A DNA stretch of 63,369 bases from Macrostomum lignano (taxonomy: Eukaryota): positions 1 to 63,369 of the forward strand of contig NIVC01004038.1 in assembly GCA_002269645.1 (NCBI GenBank), given 5' to 3'. A model generated the notes under the pieces. That model saw nothing but the letters and a program-made list of their open reading frames with translations, was not told the DNA's origin and made no database searches. The translations under genes and the position numbers were made by a program. Shown one piece after another: positions 1-10,852 of the stretch. Position 1 is the stretch's first letter; each line of letters starts with the position of its first letter.

Positions 1-527
1 TGATAGCGAATGCTTTTTGAATGACTTCAAAAGTAACATCTGGATCAATGAAGCAGTGACATTGACTACTCTTATGTTTGTATCTTGCCTTTCTCGTTCG
101 TTTGTTACAGTTTGCCTTTTAGATGACCGTGTTACCAAAATTCGTCGCTTTTGCCAAAGTTAAATGTCGAATTTTTTTAAACTTAAATCTGAAGAAATTT
201 AAACTTACCCATTTATCCAACACATTGCCTGGCTTGCACAAGTTCGTCACTTCGACTAGACATGCCAATAGTGGGTTATGATCTATGAGTATTAAAACTT
301 CAAGACATTCAGTGAGTTTCACGAGTTCTCTGGCATCGGGGATTGTTTAAACCGGGTTTGCTTTGGATCAAGTCGCTGCGCAAAACGTGAAAAAATTGCG
401 CCATATTCGCAGGAAGAGCTCGTTTTACGACCGGTGGCGGGGCCGACAGCTGAGAATTCCGCCGGCGGGTCCACCGGCCGCGCCGCCTGATCAGTTTTCG
501 ACTAAAAGAGGACGGAAATCAGAAACA

Positions 528-868
528 ATATTTAATTGTTTTAGTGTGAATTCTGCTATATTTAATTGTTTTAGTGTGAACTCTGCGATACTTAATTGTT
601 TTAGTGTGAACTCTGCGATACTTAATTGTTTTAGTGAGAACTCTTCAATATTTAATTGTTTTAGTGTGAACTCTGCGATACTTAATTGTTTTAGTGTGAA
701 CTCTGCGATATTTAATTGTTTTAGTGTGAACTCTGCGATATTTAATTGTCTTAGTGTGAACTCTGCGATATTTAATTGTTTTAGTGTGAACTCTGCGATA
801 TTTAATTGTTTTAGTGTGAACTCTGCGATATTTAATTGTTTTAGTGTGAACTCTGCGATATTTAATTT
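528..868. repeat. Minisatellite, 30-bp unit (TTTAATTGTTTTAGTGTGAACTCTGCGATA), about 11 copies
   Basis: Direct tandem periodicity; it explains the repetitive ORFs 363..872 and 645..887. Confidence 0.95.
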
Positions 869-1737
869 CTAACAAAATTTGTATCACTGATTCTCTTTAA
901 CCTCTGCCTACGAACTCAGTAAGGAAGTAGTATTGTTTATTGAATTTCTCTATACCTAACCGAAAGACTTTATTAATAAAATTACACAATACATGTGTAT
1001 CTTGCAAGCCTTGCACTCCCCGACTGACGCTCCTCCCGCATGCCTGATGCACCCAAATTGGTGGACTCATTCTAGAAAACTTTGCCAAAATCTGCAACAT
1101 TCGAGTTCAAAGGCGAGTGAAGCTGTATTCTCAGTTCAGGTAAATATCAGATGGTGAAAAAATTATGGCAAGCAAATAAAAAACTTAGCGAATCCGCTAA
1201 TCACGTTAAATTAGCTAAAAATATTATTTTCCAAGCCTAACACTTCTCGAGTGAATTTCTATCATGTTATATAAGTTCCTTCCAGTTATTCTTTTTATCT
1301 GTTTTTACTGCACTTAGAGGTAAATATAATTAGCTGGCTCGTAGATTGAAAAAAGTTTCAAGCAAAATGTTTTTTCTCAGTTTAGATTTTTCACGCTGTT
1401 ATATTAGATTATACCGACTAATCTAAAAAGTGCACTGTATTGCCGCTTCTGTGTGTGCCGCTTCCTCTGCAAAATGTCAAACTGTCTTGCTTGAAAGTTG
1501 AAAAAAATTCTTTTTCTACAGATTATTAGATCACGTACATGCAAGTGTTGCATACACTCTCATGATGAGGACTCACTCAAGTCTTAGGGCTCTGTTAGGG
1601 TTAATGTTAGGATTAATTTTAAGTATCCCGTAGCTCGAACACAATAGAATCTATTGAGGGACTCTCGCTTTACATGTAGCCATGGATATTGTAAGACAAA
1701 TGACACTAATTGTACATATTGGATATTGTGCTGTAAC

Positions 1738-2904
1738 CAGGCGCGTCACCACCGGGGGGACGGGGGGACATGTCCCCCCCCCCCAGTAAAAGCGCCTCTT
1801 TTTTACTGGGGGGGACATGCTAATGCTTTGTCTCCCCCCACCTTGTGAGTCGTTGTGGTAATCAATAATTTTTCTTCAGGGCGCCAAAATACAGCGACTT
1901 CGGCGCCAAAATGAGTGCCTGCGGCGCTAAAGTGAGTGCCTTAAGGCGTTAAAATGAGTGCCTGCGCCGCTAAAATGAGTGCCTTAAGGCGCTAAAATGA
2001 GTGCCTGCGGCGCTAAAATGAGTGCCTGCGGCGCTAAAATGAGTGCCTGCGGCGCTAAAATGAGTGCCTGCGGCGCTAAAATGAGTGCCTGAGGCGCTAA
2101 AATGAGTGCCTGAGGCGCCAAAATGAGTGCCTGTGGCGCCAAAATGAGTGCCTGCGGCGCTAAAATGAGTCCTGTGGCGCCAAAATGAGTGCCTTGAGGC
2201 GCTAAAATGAGTGCCTGTGGCGCCAAAATGAGTGCCTGTGGCGCCAAAATGAGTGCCTGCGGCGCTAAAATTAGTGTCTGCGACGCTAAAGTGAGTGCCT
2301 TAAGGCGCTATAATGAGTGCCTGCGGCGCTAAAATGAGTGCCTGCGGCGCTAAAATGAGTGCCTGCGGCGCTAAAATGAGTGCCTGCGGCGCTAAAATGA
2401 GTGCCTGAGGCGCTAAAATGAGTGCCTGTGGCGCCAAAATGAGTGCCTGCGGCGCTAAAATGAGTCCTGTGGCGCCAAAATGAGTGCCTGCGGCGCTAAA
2501 ATGAGTGACTTAAGGCGCCAAAATGAGTGCCTACGGCGCTAAAATGAGTGCCTGCGGCGCTAAAATGAGTGCCTTGAGGCGCTAAAATGAGTGCCTGTGG
2601 CGCCAAAATGAGTGCCTGTGGCGCCAAAATGAGTGCCTGTGGCGCCAAAATGAGTGCCTGCGGCGCTAAAATGAGTGCCTGTGGCGCCAAAATGAGTGCC
2701 TGAGGCGCTAAAATGAGTGCCTTGAGGCGCTAAAACGAGTGCCTGCGGCGCTAAAAGGAATGCTTGCGGTGCCAAAATGAGTGCCTGCGGCGCCAAAAGG
2801 AGTCCCTGCGACGCCAAAATGAGTGCCAAAATTTAGTCATGTACATGAACATGTTGAATTCTTGGCTTTGTCCCCCCCACCATAAAATCCATGGCGACGC
2901 CATG
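1738..2904. mobile_element. Probable non-autonomous TIR element (MITE-like) carrying an internal minisatellite
   Basis: Imperfect inverted termini CAGGCGCGTCACCA..GGGGGGAC and (reverse complement) CATGGCGTCGCCA..GGGGGGAC. The 8-bp flanks GCTGTAAC and ACTGCAAT differ only by three transitions, consistent with a decayed TSD. Confidence 0.45.
1878..2830. repeat. Minisatellite, about 21-bp unit (GGCGCTAAAATGAGTGCCTGC)
   Basis: Direct tandem periodicity; source of the ALILAPQ ORFs. Confidence 0.95.
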
Positions 2905-3358
2905 ACTGCAATACATGTACATGTACATGTGCATAATTCTATAACTTTTATAGACAACGTGTTGGTGACTCGACTCGGGTGGGTGATGTAACCGTTACTT
3001 ATTTCCCATGCAATTTGCTGAAAATGCAATTCACCTAAAACTTTCGGACCCCCGGCTGCTCTTGCTGGCCGCTGTAGCTAGGAAGGATGCCACCACCACT
3101 TTAACTTGGCGGATTCTGATGATCGGGAGTGTTTGAGCTAGCCGAAGACGGGACTCTGCTTTGCCCTCGGGCATTCATGGGGAGTCTCCTACACCAAGCA
3201 GCTGAAGGACTTTTTAGCAGGGGTCGGGGATCCTTGTGCATGGCTAGCTGTGACTGACAAAGCAGCTCACGTTGGACTGCTGGCTAATGAACGTTTTTTA
3301 ATTTGACGTGCACGAATTGGCTTAGCTATTTTTAATCATCCTTGAAGGAAGCGATTAC

Positions 3359-4664
3359 CAGTGTTGGGCAAAGTTCCGGCACTTCGTCACTTCCGGCACT
3401 CTTAGTACCGGAAGTTACTTTTTTTAAACGGCAGTTTTTTCCGGTTCTTTTTTTTCAGAATGCCGGACTTAAGTAACAGAAGTTACTTTTTGATAAGTGC
3501 GGTCCCCCGGTACTTGAAAATAAATTTTAGGTGCCAAACAGCCAATTTAGCACTAAATATTTCCCAAAAGCGCAAAACTTCACCAAAAAATCGTAGCACA
3601 ATTATAAAAAAGGTAAAAAAGAGATGATTCTAGTTCGTGTCGTTTTTACTTTTTAAGTTAAAGCACGTTTTAAGAATCATATAATCATAGAATTAAAGAA
3701 ATTATTGGTAACTACTAATGCTGAAACAAGACACTTTCAAAACAATAAACATCCTTTACCAACTCCTTGCAAGTTTTCTAACAAGGATAACACCAGGACA
3801 CTACACTCCTGATTCGTGGAAAATATTTTGAAGGCCGATTTCTTAATTTCGATGTTCGTGCAGGACGACACGAGTGATGCATTCTAAAAGTGTTTTGACT
3901 TCAACTCTTTTGAGGCAATTATTATAATTTTCTAATTGCAGCTAGCGCATGGCACTAATCAAGTTATTTAGTCTTGTGCATTGATTCAGCTATCAAATAC
4001 CATCCATTTGTTGTCCTGGTATCTTTTTTCTTAATTGTTAACTGGTATTAACTGTGGTTAACTGTTAACTGGCAAGGCTGCCAGAAGATTATCATTGATT
4101 CTAAATAAGTCAGCTGTACAAAAGTATACTTACACTACTGTAAAATAGCTGCTGTAAAATTACAGCACAATACTAGTAAGGGCGACGGGAATGACCCGCA
4201 AAAACTAAAAGTCGTCTGAAGTATTCTACTCATTGTGACACAAATATTGGACAAAATTATCTCCAAACATAGAGTACTTCTGAAGAGTCAGAATCAACAT
4301 TTGAAAATCGGCCTCCAAAATCTTTTCTATGAATCGCGAGTGTAGCCTCCTGATATATCAGATAGTGCAATCCTTGTTTTGTAAAGGTTTTGTTTATTCA
4401 CTCAAATTTTGGATGCGATAATAATAAAAAATATCATGTAGCATCTTTATTTGAGGAATAACAGCATGTTAACTCTAGACCAACAAACCAACTTTTTGTT
4501 TTTTCATAAAGACATGTTTGAGCACTTTTTAATTGGCGGTTCTTTATAATTAACATTTTATAAAAAGTACTGGTACTCCAACAAGTGCCGGAAGTTAATT
4601 TCCTTGGAACCGGAAGTTACTTAACTGGAAGTTACTACTTTTCAAAGTAACTTGCACAACACTG
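3359..4664. mobile_element. Non-autonomous hAT-type DNA transposon (1.3 kb)
   Basis: TIRs CAGTGTTGGGCAAAGTT / AACTTGCACAACACTG; perfect 8-bp TSD GCGATTAC (3351-3358, 4665-4672); clustered subterminal CGGAAGT motifs at both ends; no transposase ORF. Confidence 0.85.
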
Positions 4665-4952
4665 GCGATTACAGAAAGAATATATAAAATTCAAATATTC
4701 AACCCATGGTGAAAAATGCCTACTATGGAGATAAAACGCAATTTCCCGTGAATAACTCGTACAAGGCTTTAATCTAGAGTGCAGATTTTCGACTAGTCAA
4801 CACATGTCGCGTGCGTCAAGAGAATTAAGCTAGCTTCATACAAGTATAGCTCTGCATATATACTGTATATATTTTAACACCTGCTAAAAGATCGGAGTGG
4901 GCATCTAATAGTACTACGATGAAACATTAAACATCCATCCTTGGCTTACTAA

Positions 4953-5694
4953 TGTCACGTGTTTTGTCGTGACGAAGAAATACTAGTTGAGACAACACGG
5001 CGGTTTGTAGCGGTAGCACTGGCAATATCGTGGCAACAAGTTGGCCGTAGGCTTGTTTATTTGAGTAGTAGTCAGATTTACACAAAGGTTAACAGTTTCA
5101 ATATAGTGGACTACTGTACTGGGCACTGGCGGCAGCGCAACAATAAGTTGAGTTAAGTTGAAGGCGGTTGAGCACGATGAAGGTGATCCCGAGTGGCGAA
5201 TGATGGCAGTGAGCAAACAGTGCAGTGGCACTAGGAGAATAGACTGGCAGTGGAAAGGCGTAAACAGGTCTGGCTGGCGAGACGGGCCCAGACAGGGTGG
5301 GCCGTGGCGAGAGATAAGGCAGGCACGAAGAGAAGGCAAGAGAGAGAAAACGCAAGGAAGGAAAGGAGAGCAAGAAGGAACGGAACGAAAAGTGAAAAAC
5401 CCAGCCCGCCGCCAGACGGGGGGTTAATAAGGAGCGCAAAAGGGGGTAGCATAAACACGGAGAGCCTTCATTGGCTGGCGAGAGAATTTGGCGAAATTAT
5501 CGATCGTGCCAAAATTCACAGACGAGCGCAAGGCCTACCAAATACACAGTGAATTAGCAGTTGATACAGATTATTTGCACGCTACTACAAGTAAACGTTA
5601 AAATAAACTATTGGAGAAATTAAAATGAGAAATAGCAAGGGAAACTATAGTCCAACGGCCCTTTTGCGGGACCACTTAAACTAGCAACGTCACA
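4953..5694 (-). mobile_element. Solo LTR (family B, copy 1)
   Basis: TGT...ACA termini; 4-bp TSD CTAA (4949-4952, 5695-5698); AATAAA on minus strand at 5056-5061; about 300 bp highly similar in inverted orientation to 6622-6915. Confidence 0.85.
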
Positions 5695-6117
5695 CTAATA
5701 CATACAATACAAATACCATAATTTGCAAAGGATGATCTATAAATTAGTCTTATAATCTGCATAAGTAATTTTATAATAAGCAGGTTAAAATAATAACAAA
5801 TTTTATAATAACTAGGGCCTAATAAACTATGTATAGAGAGCGCGCGCGCACCCACCAGGTTTAGGGCTTGCTGTAAGGTTTTGAAAAACTCTAGTCAGCC
5901 ATTTTTATTTTTTGCAGCTATAACAAAGTGCACGTAAAGAATATTTTTAAGCCCTTACTGTAAACTACAAAACAAAAAAGTCTTTACTTATGTTTTTTGA
6001 AACAGCATAACATTAATATGTACATATTGATTTTACATTTTTATACAATTTAAAAAATAATACAGGTAGGTAGCGAACTTACGCCACCCATTCGCGACTA
6101 AATCTAAATGCTACTAA

Positions 6118-7956
6118 TGAAATAGTTTGGGGTTTTCTCGGGGTGGCCTAGTAGGTCTTTGAATCCCACCGCTGCCACCAGTGAAGTACAGTGGGTTTTC
6201 TTCCCGGTTTAGGCCCTTGCGGATTACCTTATGACTCGAGCCTCTTCAGTGGGAAGTTCTCTCAACTCTCAGTAGCGTAGGTAGTGCTGCCACCAGTTCC
6301 TTCAGGTCTCGGCCTTCGATGAGGTGAGCTTCCCGTCGGAACGAAATAAACAAGTCAACGAACTCAGCACAGCGTGCAGATTTGCAGATTAATGAACAAG
6401 GCGTCCTGATCAGCAGATCCCCGCCGGGCTCAGGGGTGGCTGGGAAGGCAGTGTTAGCCTCCCTTAGGCTTGGGCTTTAGTGGGGTCTCAGTCAGACCAG
6501 TACAAACGGATTCAGTACGCAAAGGGCACTTAGTTAGACACTGACGCACACGGGATCTTAGTGAATTCTCCGCAGTTAAGAAGCCAACTCCTTGACGGAA
6601 ACAAGGGGAGAGGGGTCCTATTGTGACGTTGCTAGTTTGAGTGGTCCCGCAAAAGGGCCGTTGGACTATAGTTTCCCTTGTAATTTCTCATTTTAATTTC
6701 TCCAATAGTTTATTTTAACGTTTACTTATAGTAGCGTGCAAATAATCTGTATCAACTGCTAATTCACTGTGTATTTGGTAGGCCTTGCACCCGTCTGTGA
6801 ATTTTGGCACGATCGATAATTTCAAGTTCTCTCGCCAGCCAATGAAGGCTCTCCGTGTTTACGCTACCCCCCTTTTGCGCTCTTTATTAGCACCCCCCCG
6901 CCTGGCGGCGGGCCCCTCGCTCGCTTCTTCTGCCCCGTCTCCTCCGGCCTTCTGTCTGCCTCCTTATCTCTCGCCACGGCTCCTCTGTTGGGGCCAGCCT
7001 GTTTACACTGCCTGCCACTGTCTGCCACGGCTAACGCCAATCTCACCACTACGCATCTGCCACTGCTGTGCTCATCGCCGTTACTGACCACGTTGCATCG
7101 CCTTGCATCACTCGCCTACTACTCGACTACAATTTCTAATTCACCTTCAATTCAAAACCATTGTTGCAGCCGCCAGTGTCCCAAAAGCACAATAAGTTCT
7201 GTATTAACATTAACCAAATTTGAATATTGATCTCAACAATAAAACAACTACGGCAGTTACCTGCCTTGTATGCCAAGTGCTCCGCTACACAATCCGCTTA
7301 TCAAGACTTGACTCGATTCATTTTGGGACTACGACTTACGACAACTCTCGTAAAACGGCCCTTCTAAGGGTCATAGCCTCTACGCCAAAAACGTGACACT
7401 ATTTATAGCCGGGAAACGCCCACGCACAAGACCTCGTGACTTGTTCTATTTTTAGAACTGACGTCACTTGAGATCTCGAGGCAGGGTCTCAGTGCGCGCA
7501 AGACCTCGTGACTCGTTCTATTTTTAGAACTGACGTCACTTGAGGTCTCCGGCCAGAGTACACGCGGCTGTGACTCAGTTGCTATTTTTAGCAACATGAG
7601 TCACTCCTCTCCTTAGAGAAGGGAGGGGTCCGAAAGCACGTGATTCTCCCGGTAAACAGGGCCAACGAGTGCAGTAAACATGTTTACTGCACTTTAGGAC
7701 TCGAAGAACGCAGAGTCTGTCATGTGACTTGCTCACATGACAGAGGAAAACGGGACGGGAACGAAACAGAGACAGCCCACAGCAGAGAAGCTGAGGGCTG
7801 AGAACAGAGACGCAGAAGGGCAGAACAGGCCAAGGGCAGCAACAGACGGGCCAAGGGGGGTGGGAAGCTGACCAGCGGCAGACAGCAACCCAGGGCGAGG
7901 GCGAGGGAGACTGCTGACAAAGTGGGACGCCTAACATCAACTAGCGGATCACTACA
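6118..7956 (-). repeat. 3' LTR of the Gypsy element, interrupted by a solo LTR at 6622-7398
   Basis: In element orientation it starts TGTAGT directly after the PPT and ends TTTCA; it matches 14923-15965 once the insert is removed. Confidence 0.92.
6622..7398 (+). mobile_element. Solo LTR (family B, copy 2) nested in the Gypsy 3' LTR
   Basis: TGT...ACA termini; TSD CTAT (6618-6621, 7399-7402); the empty site GGTCCTATTTATAGCC is intact in the other LTR near 15418-15433; AATAAA at 7238-7243. Confidence 0.93.
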
Positions 7957-7968
7957 CTCTCCCCGTTC
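7957..7968 (-). promoter_or_regulatory. Polypurine tract (GAACGGGGAGAG)
   Basis: Purine run directly abutting the TGT start of the 3' LTR on the minus strand. Confidence 0.8.
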
Positions 7969-8527
7969 AAATGAAGAGGCGGAGTGAAAGCGAAGCGCGC
8001 TTTATTTAATAAACAAAATAGTGTTTATTAAACACTGCTGTGCTCAATAAAATTATTGCTGCTGTGTAAATAAAATTATTACAAATGCCTGGCAAAAGGA
8101 TGACAGTGTCACAAGGCATACCAATTATTACACGGCTGGGCCAAGGTCAGGATTGTGGCCCGAAATGGCAAAGCGCGAATAGCACCATGCAGTGGGTTGC
8201 CCACGCCAAGGCAGAGCCCTAGAAAATGATAAAATCGGAGGGGCTGGCAAGTCCCTCGGGCGTACGCAGAATCAGGACCTCAGTCCAACAGCGGTTCGGG
8301 GGCGCCGGCCCGGAAAATGGGCGCCTAAATATACGGGATACTATAGACAGCCGGCAGAGCCCGTCACTGGGGAGAAGGAGGATGCAGAACTGCATCAGAG
8401 CAACAGCTCACGGGAAGATAAAAGAGTACGCATTGCGGGGGCGCTGGCCCGCTATTGAGGGGCCACATAAAGTAGAGCAGGGAAAAATCAGAGGGTGCCT
8501 GTCAGCACCAAGTCCACAGAGTCAGAG

Positions 8528-10852
8528 TTAATCGCTGCGTTGGGTTGATCGGTGCACGCAGATGCGGGCAGTGCGACTAACATACGTCTTGGCCCTAGGA
8601 TTAATAATTAGCCTCTCAGGCTGTCTACGATTCCTAGCCGGCCTACCGGCATCTACAGTTCCTACTGACGCTTCCACCGGAGTGGTGCATAGCGACGGCC
8701 CAGGGGTCTGGACCACACAAAAAGCAGCACTGGGGGCGGGAGCAGAAACGGGCGGAAAAGAAACAGCAGGCATAGACGCATCAAGAACAGGCTCATGCAA
8801 ATGACATTCACCATACGGCACTGGCTCACGCCGAAGTGCACTTGCCTGGTTCGCTGGTGTCGTGACCGGTCCACCTCCTGGCTGCACCTCCGGGATCGCT
8901 AAAGGCCGGAAGCGCCATCGGAAGGCCGGCCTTGCGTCGTAGCCGTCATCATCGTCAGCATCGGCGTCGCCCGGGTCGTTCTCGGGGATCGGCGTCAGGG
9001 TCGCGGGTCCTGCGCCGTCGGGAACGTCAGGCGGTCGCCGACGCGTCCTTGGCTTGTCGACTTCAGGATCGGAAGTCCTCGTGTAGTCAGCGTCAGGCAC
9101 GAGCAGAAGGTTCCGGCGATGGACGACTAGTTCGTCTCGTCTAGCTCTCGGGTTTGGCAGTCTCCGTCGAATCTTGTAGACGACCTCGCCCTTGGGCTCG
9201 ACGACTTCGTACAGCGCTTTGCGAGGTCGATGAAATTTCGCCGCCTCGTCCGGTTCAAGCACCGGATTGTTGAGGAAGACCAGATCACCGGGTTGAAGCT
9301 TCTTGGCGGCGGGCAGGTTCGAATAGTGCTCGTCTCGCAGTTGCTGGTGCAGATGCAGGCGCTCCTTGGCTAGCTCAGTCGCCTCGTCCAGGCGACGTTG
9401 GAAGTCCTTGACGTAGTCGGGCAGGTCGGCGTACTCGGGCAGCTTCTTCAGCGCGTTGTCGATCTGGAGTCGGAAGTCACGGCCGAACACCAGGTAGTGA
9501 GGCGTGAAGCCGGTCACCGGGTGCACGCTGGAGCGGAGAGCCATCAGACAGGCTGGGAGGAAGGTGTCCCAGTCGTTGTGGTTGCGCTCGAGCAGGCAGG
9601 TGAGGACACTCTTTAGCTGCTTGTTGAGGTTCTCGACTTGTCCATTGGAAGCTGGATTGTACGGTGTTGTTGTCGTATGCCGAAGGCCAAACAGGTCGCA
9701 GAACTTCTTGAAGGCCGAGCAGGTGAAGTTGGTGCCTTGGTCGGTGTGGATCCAGCATGGTACACCGAACTCAGGGATGAAGCGCTCCTGCAGAAGCTTG
9801 ATGACTGTTTTGGCTTTCTGGTTTCTCATCGGGTAGGCGAATGGATACTTCGACGTCGCATCGCACAAGGTCAGGATGTAGCGGTTGCCGCTCTTGCTCT
9901 TCTGCGCGATTGGTCCTACTACATCACAGTGGATTCTACCCAGAACTTCGCAGACTGGGAAGCTCTGGACCGGAACTCTCTCTCGCCGTCGCGACTTACT
10001 TTCAAGGCATGTGCGGCACTTACTGATGAAGGTCTTGGTAGCACGGGCTAATCCGGGTCTCCAGAACCGTTCTCGTAGCTGCAGTAACGTCTTCGTCTCG
10101 CCGAGGTGTCCACACAGTGGCGAACTGTGGAGCTCCTGGAGCACCTGGGCGTCAAGGACCTCAGGCAGAACAACCTTTGGCGGCTGCTGGCCATCGGACA
10201 GGTCAATCAGCAGCAGGCCGTTGTCCTCCTGCAGGTTCTCGTAGTATCCGAGCAGATTCCGCTGCTCCTTCGTCAGGCGCAACCGGGAGTCGAACTCAGG
10301 CTTCGGGGCTTCGTCCTTGACCAGGTTGAGCACGTAGCTGATGGCTCGGTCAGCGCGCTGGGCTTCAACGAACTGTTGGCGAGTCATCGGCAGCTTCAGA
10401 AAATCAGTGAGCACGGCGCGGCATGGCTGAGGGGTCATGACTCCCGCAGTCTCCGCTTTAGTGGCTCCAGGTCGATCACACGGCACCGCCTTGTCGGCGT
10501 CAGGATTAGGTCGCTCCGAGGGACTTTGTCTCACAACGTCGGCGTACGTCCGTTGATCTCGTCTTGAAGTTCTCTTCGTCGCTCTCTTGACAGAAAATTC
10601 CGCAGATAGAGCAGTGCACATGCCTCCACTGCCTAGCCCAGGCGACTCTTGGCTGTAGGGCGGGACGCAACACGTGAAGCACGCCTCGTCGCTGGCAGCC
10701 GTAGCCGTCGGCTCAGTCGTCGTCAAATTTGGGTGAGTCTTCTCCTGCACTGGGCGGTGTCGCAAAGGGGGACTCGACTTTCCGCACAGGCGATGAGCAG
10801 CTGTCTGTCGGCCCGGGGGCCAGAGCTTCGACCTTGCAGCTGGCGCGAGATT
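8528..10852 (-). CDS. Gypsy integrase region, in frame with pol but behind a TAG stop
   Basis: HHCC zinc finger (LHSSPLCGHLG...CRTC); DDE core (HCDVVGP, HTDQG, VENLN); GPY/F-like module; C-terminal RPxRxRRxPxRL. Same frame as ORF 10853..13825, with no further stop from 10852 to 10765. Confidence 0.92.
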   Translation of the reverse strand, partial: NLAPAARSKLWPPGRQTAAHRLCGKSSPPLRHRPVQEKTHPNLTTTEPTATAASDEACFTCCVPPYSQESPGLGSGGMCTALSAEFSVKRATKRTSRRDQRTYADVVRQSPSERPNPDADKAVPCDRPGATKAETAGVMTPQPCRAVLTDFLKLPMTRQQFVEAQRADRAISYVLNLVKDEAPKPEFDSRLRLTKEQRNLLGYYENLQEDNGLLLIDLSDGQQPPKVVLPEVLDAQVLQELHSSPLCGHLGETKTLLQLRERFWRPGLARATKTFISKCRTCLESKSRRRERVPVQSFPVCEVLGRIHCDVVGPIAQKSKSGNRYILTLCDATSKYPFAYPMRNQKAKTVIKLLQERFIPEFGVPCWIHTDQGTNFTCSAFKKFCDLFGLRHTTTTPYNPASNGQVENLNKQLKSVLTCLLERNHNDWDTFLPACLMALRSSVHPVTGFTPHYLVFGRDFRLQIDNALKKLPEYADLPDYVKDFQRRLDEATELAKERLHLHQQLRDEHYSNLPAAKKLQPGDLVFLNNPVLEPDEAAKFHRPRKALYEVVEPKGEVVYKIRRRLPNPRARRDELVVHRRNLLLVPDADYTRTSDPEVDKPRTRRRPPDVPDGAGPATLTPIPENDPGDADADDDDGYDARPAFRWRFRPLAIPEVQPGGGPVTTPANQASALRREPVPYGECHLHEPVLDASMPAVSFPPVSAPAPSAAFCVVQTPGPSLCTTPVEASVGTVDAGRPARNRRQPERLIINPRAKTYVSRTARICVHRSTQRSD

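Noticed and set aside
6110-6117. TSD for the full Gypsy element
   Set aside because: The right flank (GCAAA) does not match the left (ACTAA/CTAA) because the 5' LTR end is deleted, so no TSD can be called.
7969-8527. Possible env or extra ORF after integrase
   Set aside because: Only about 560 nt, with short ORFs lacking a signal peptide or TM segment.
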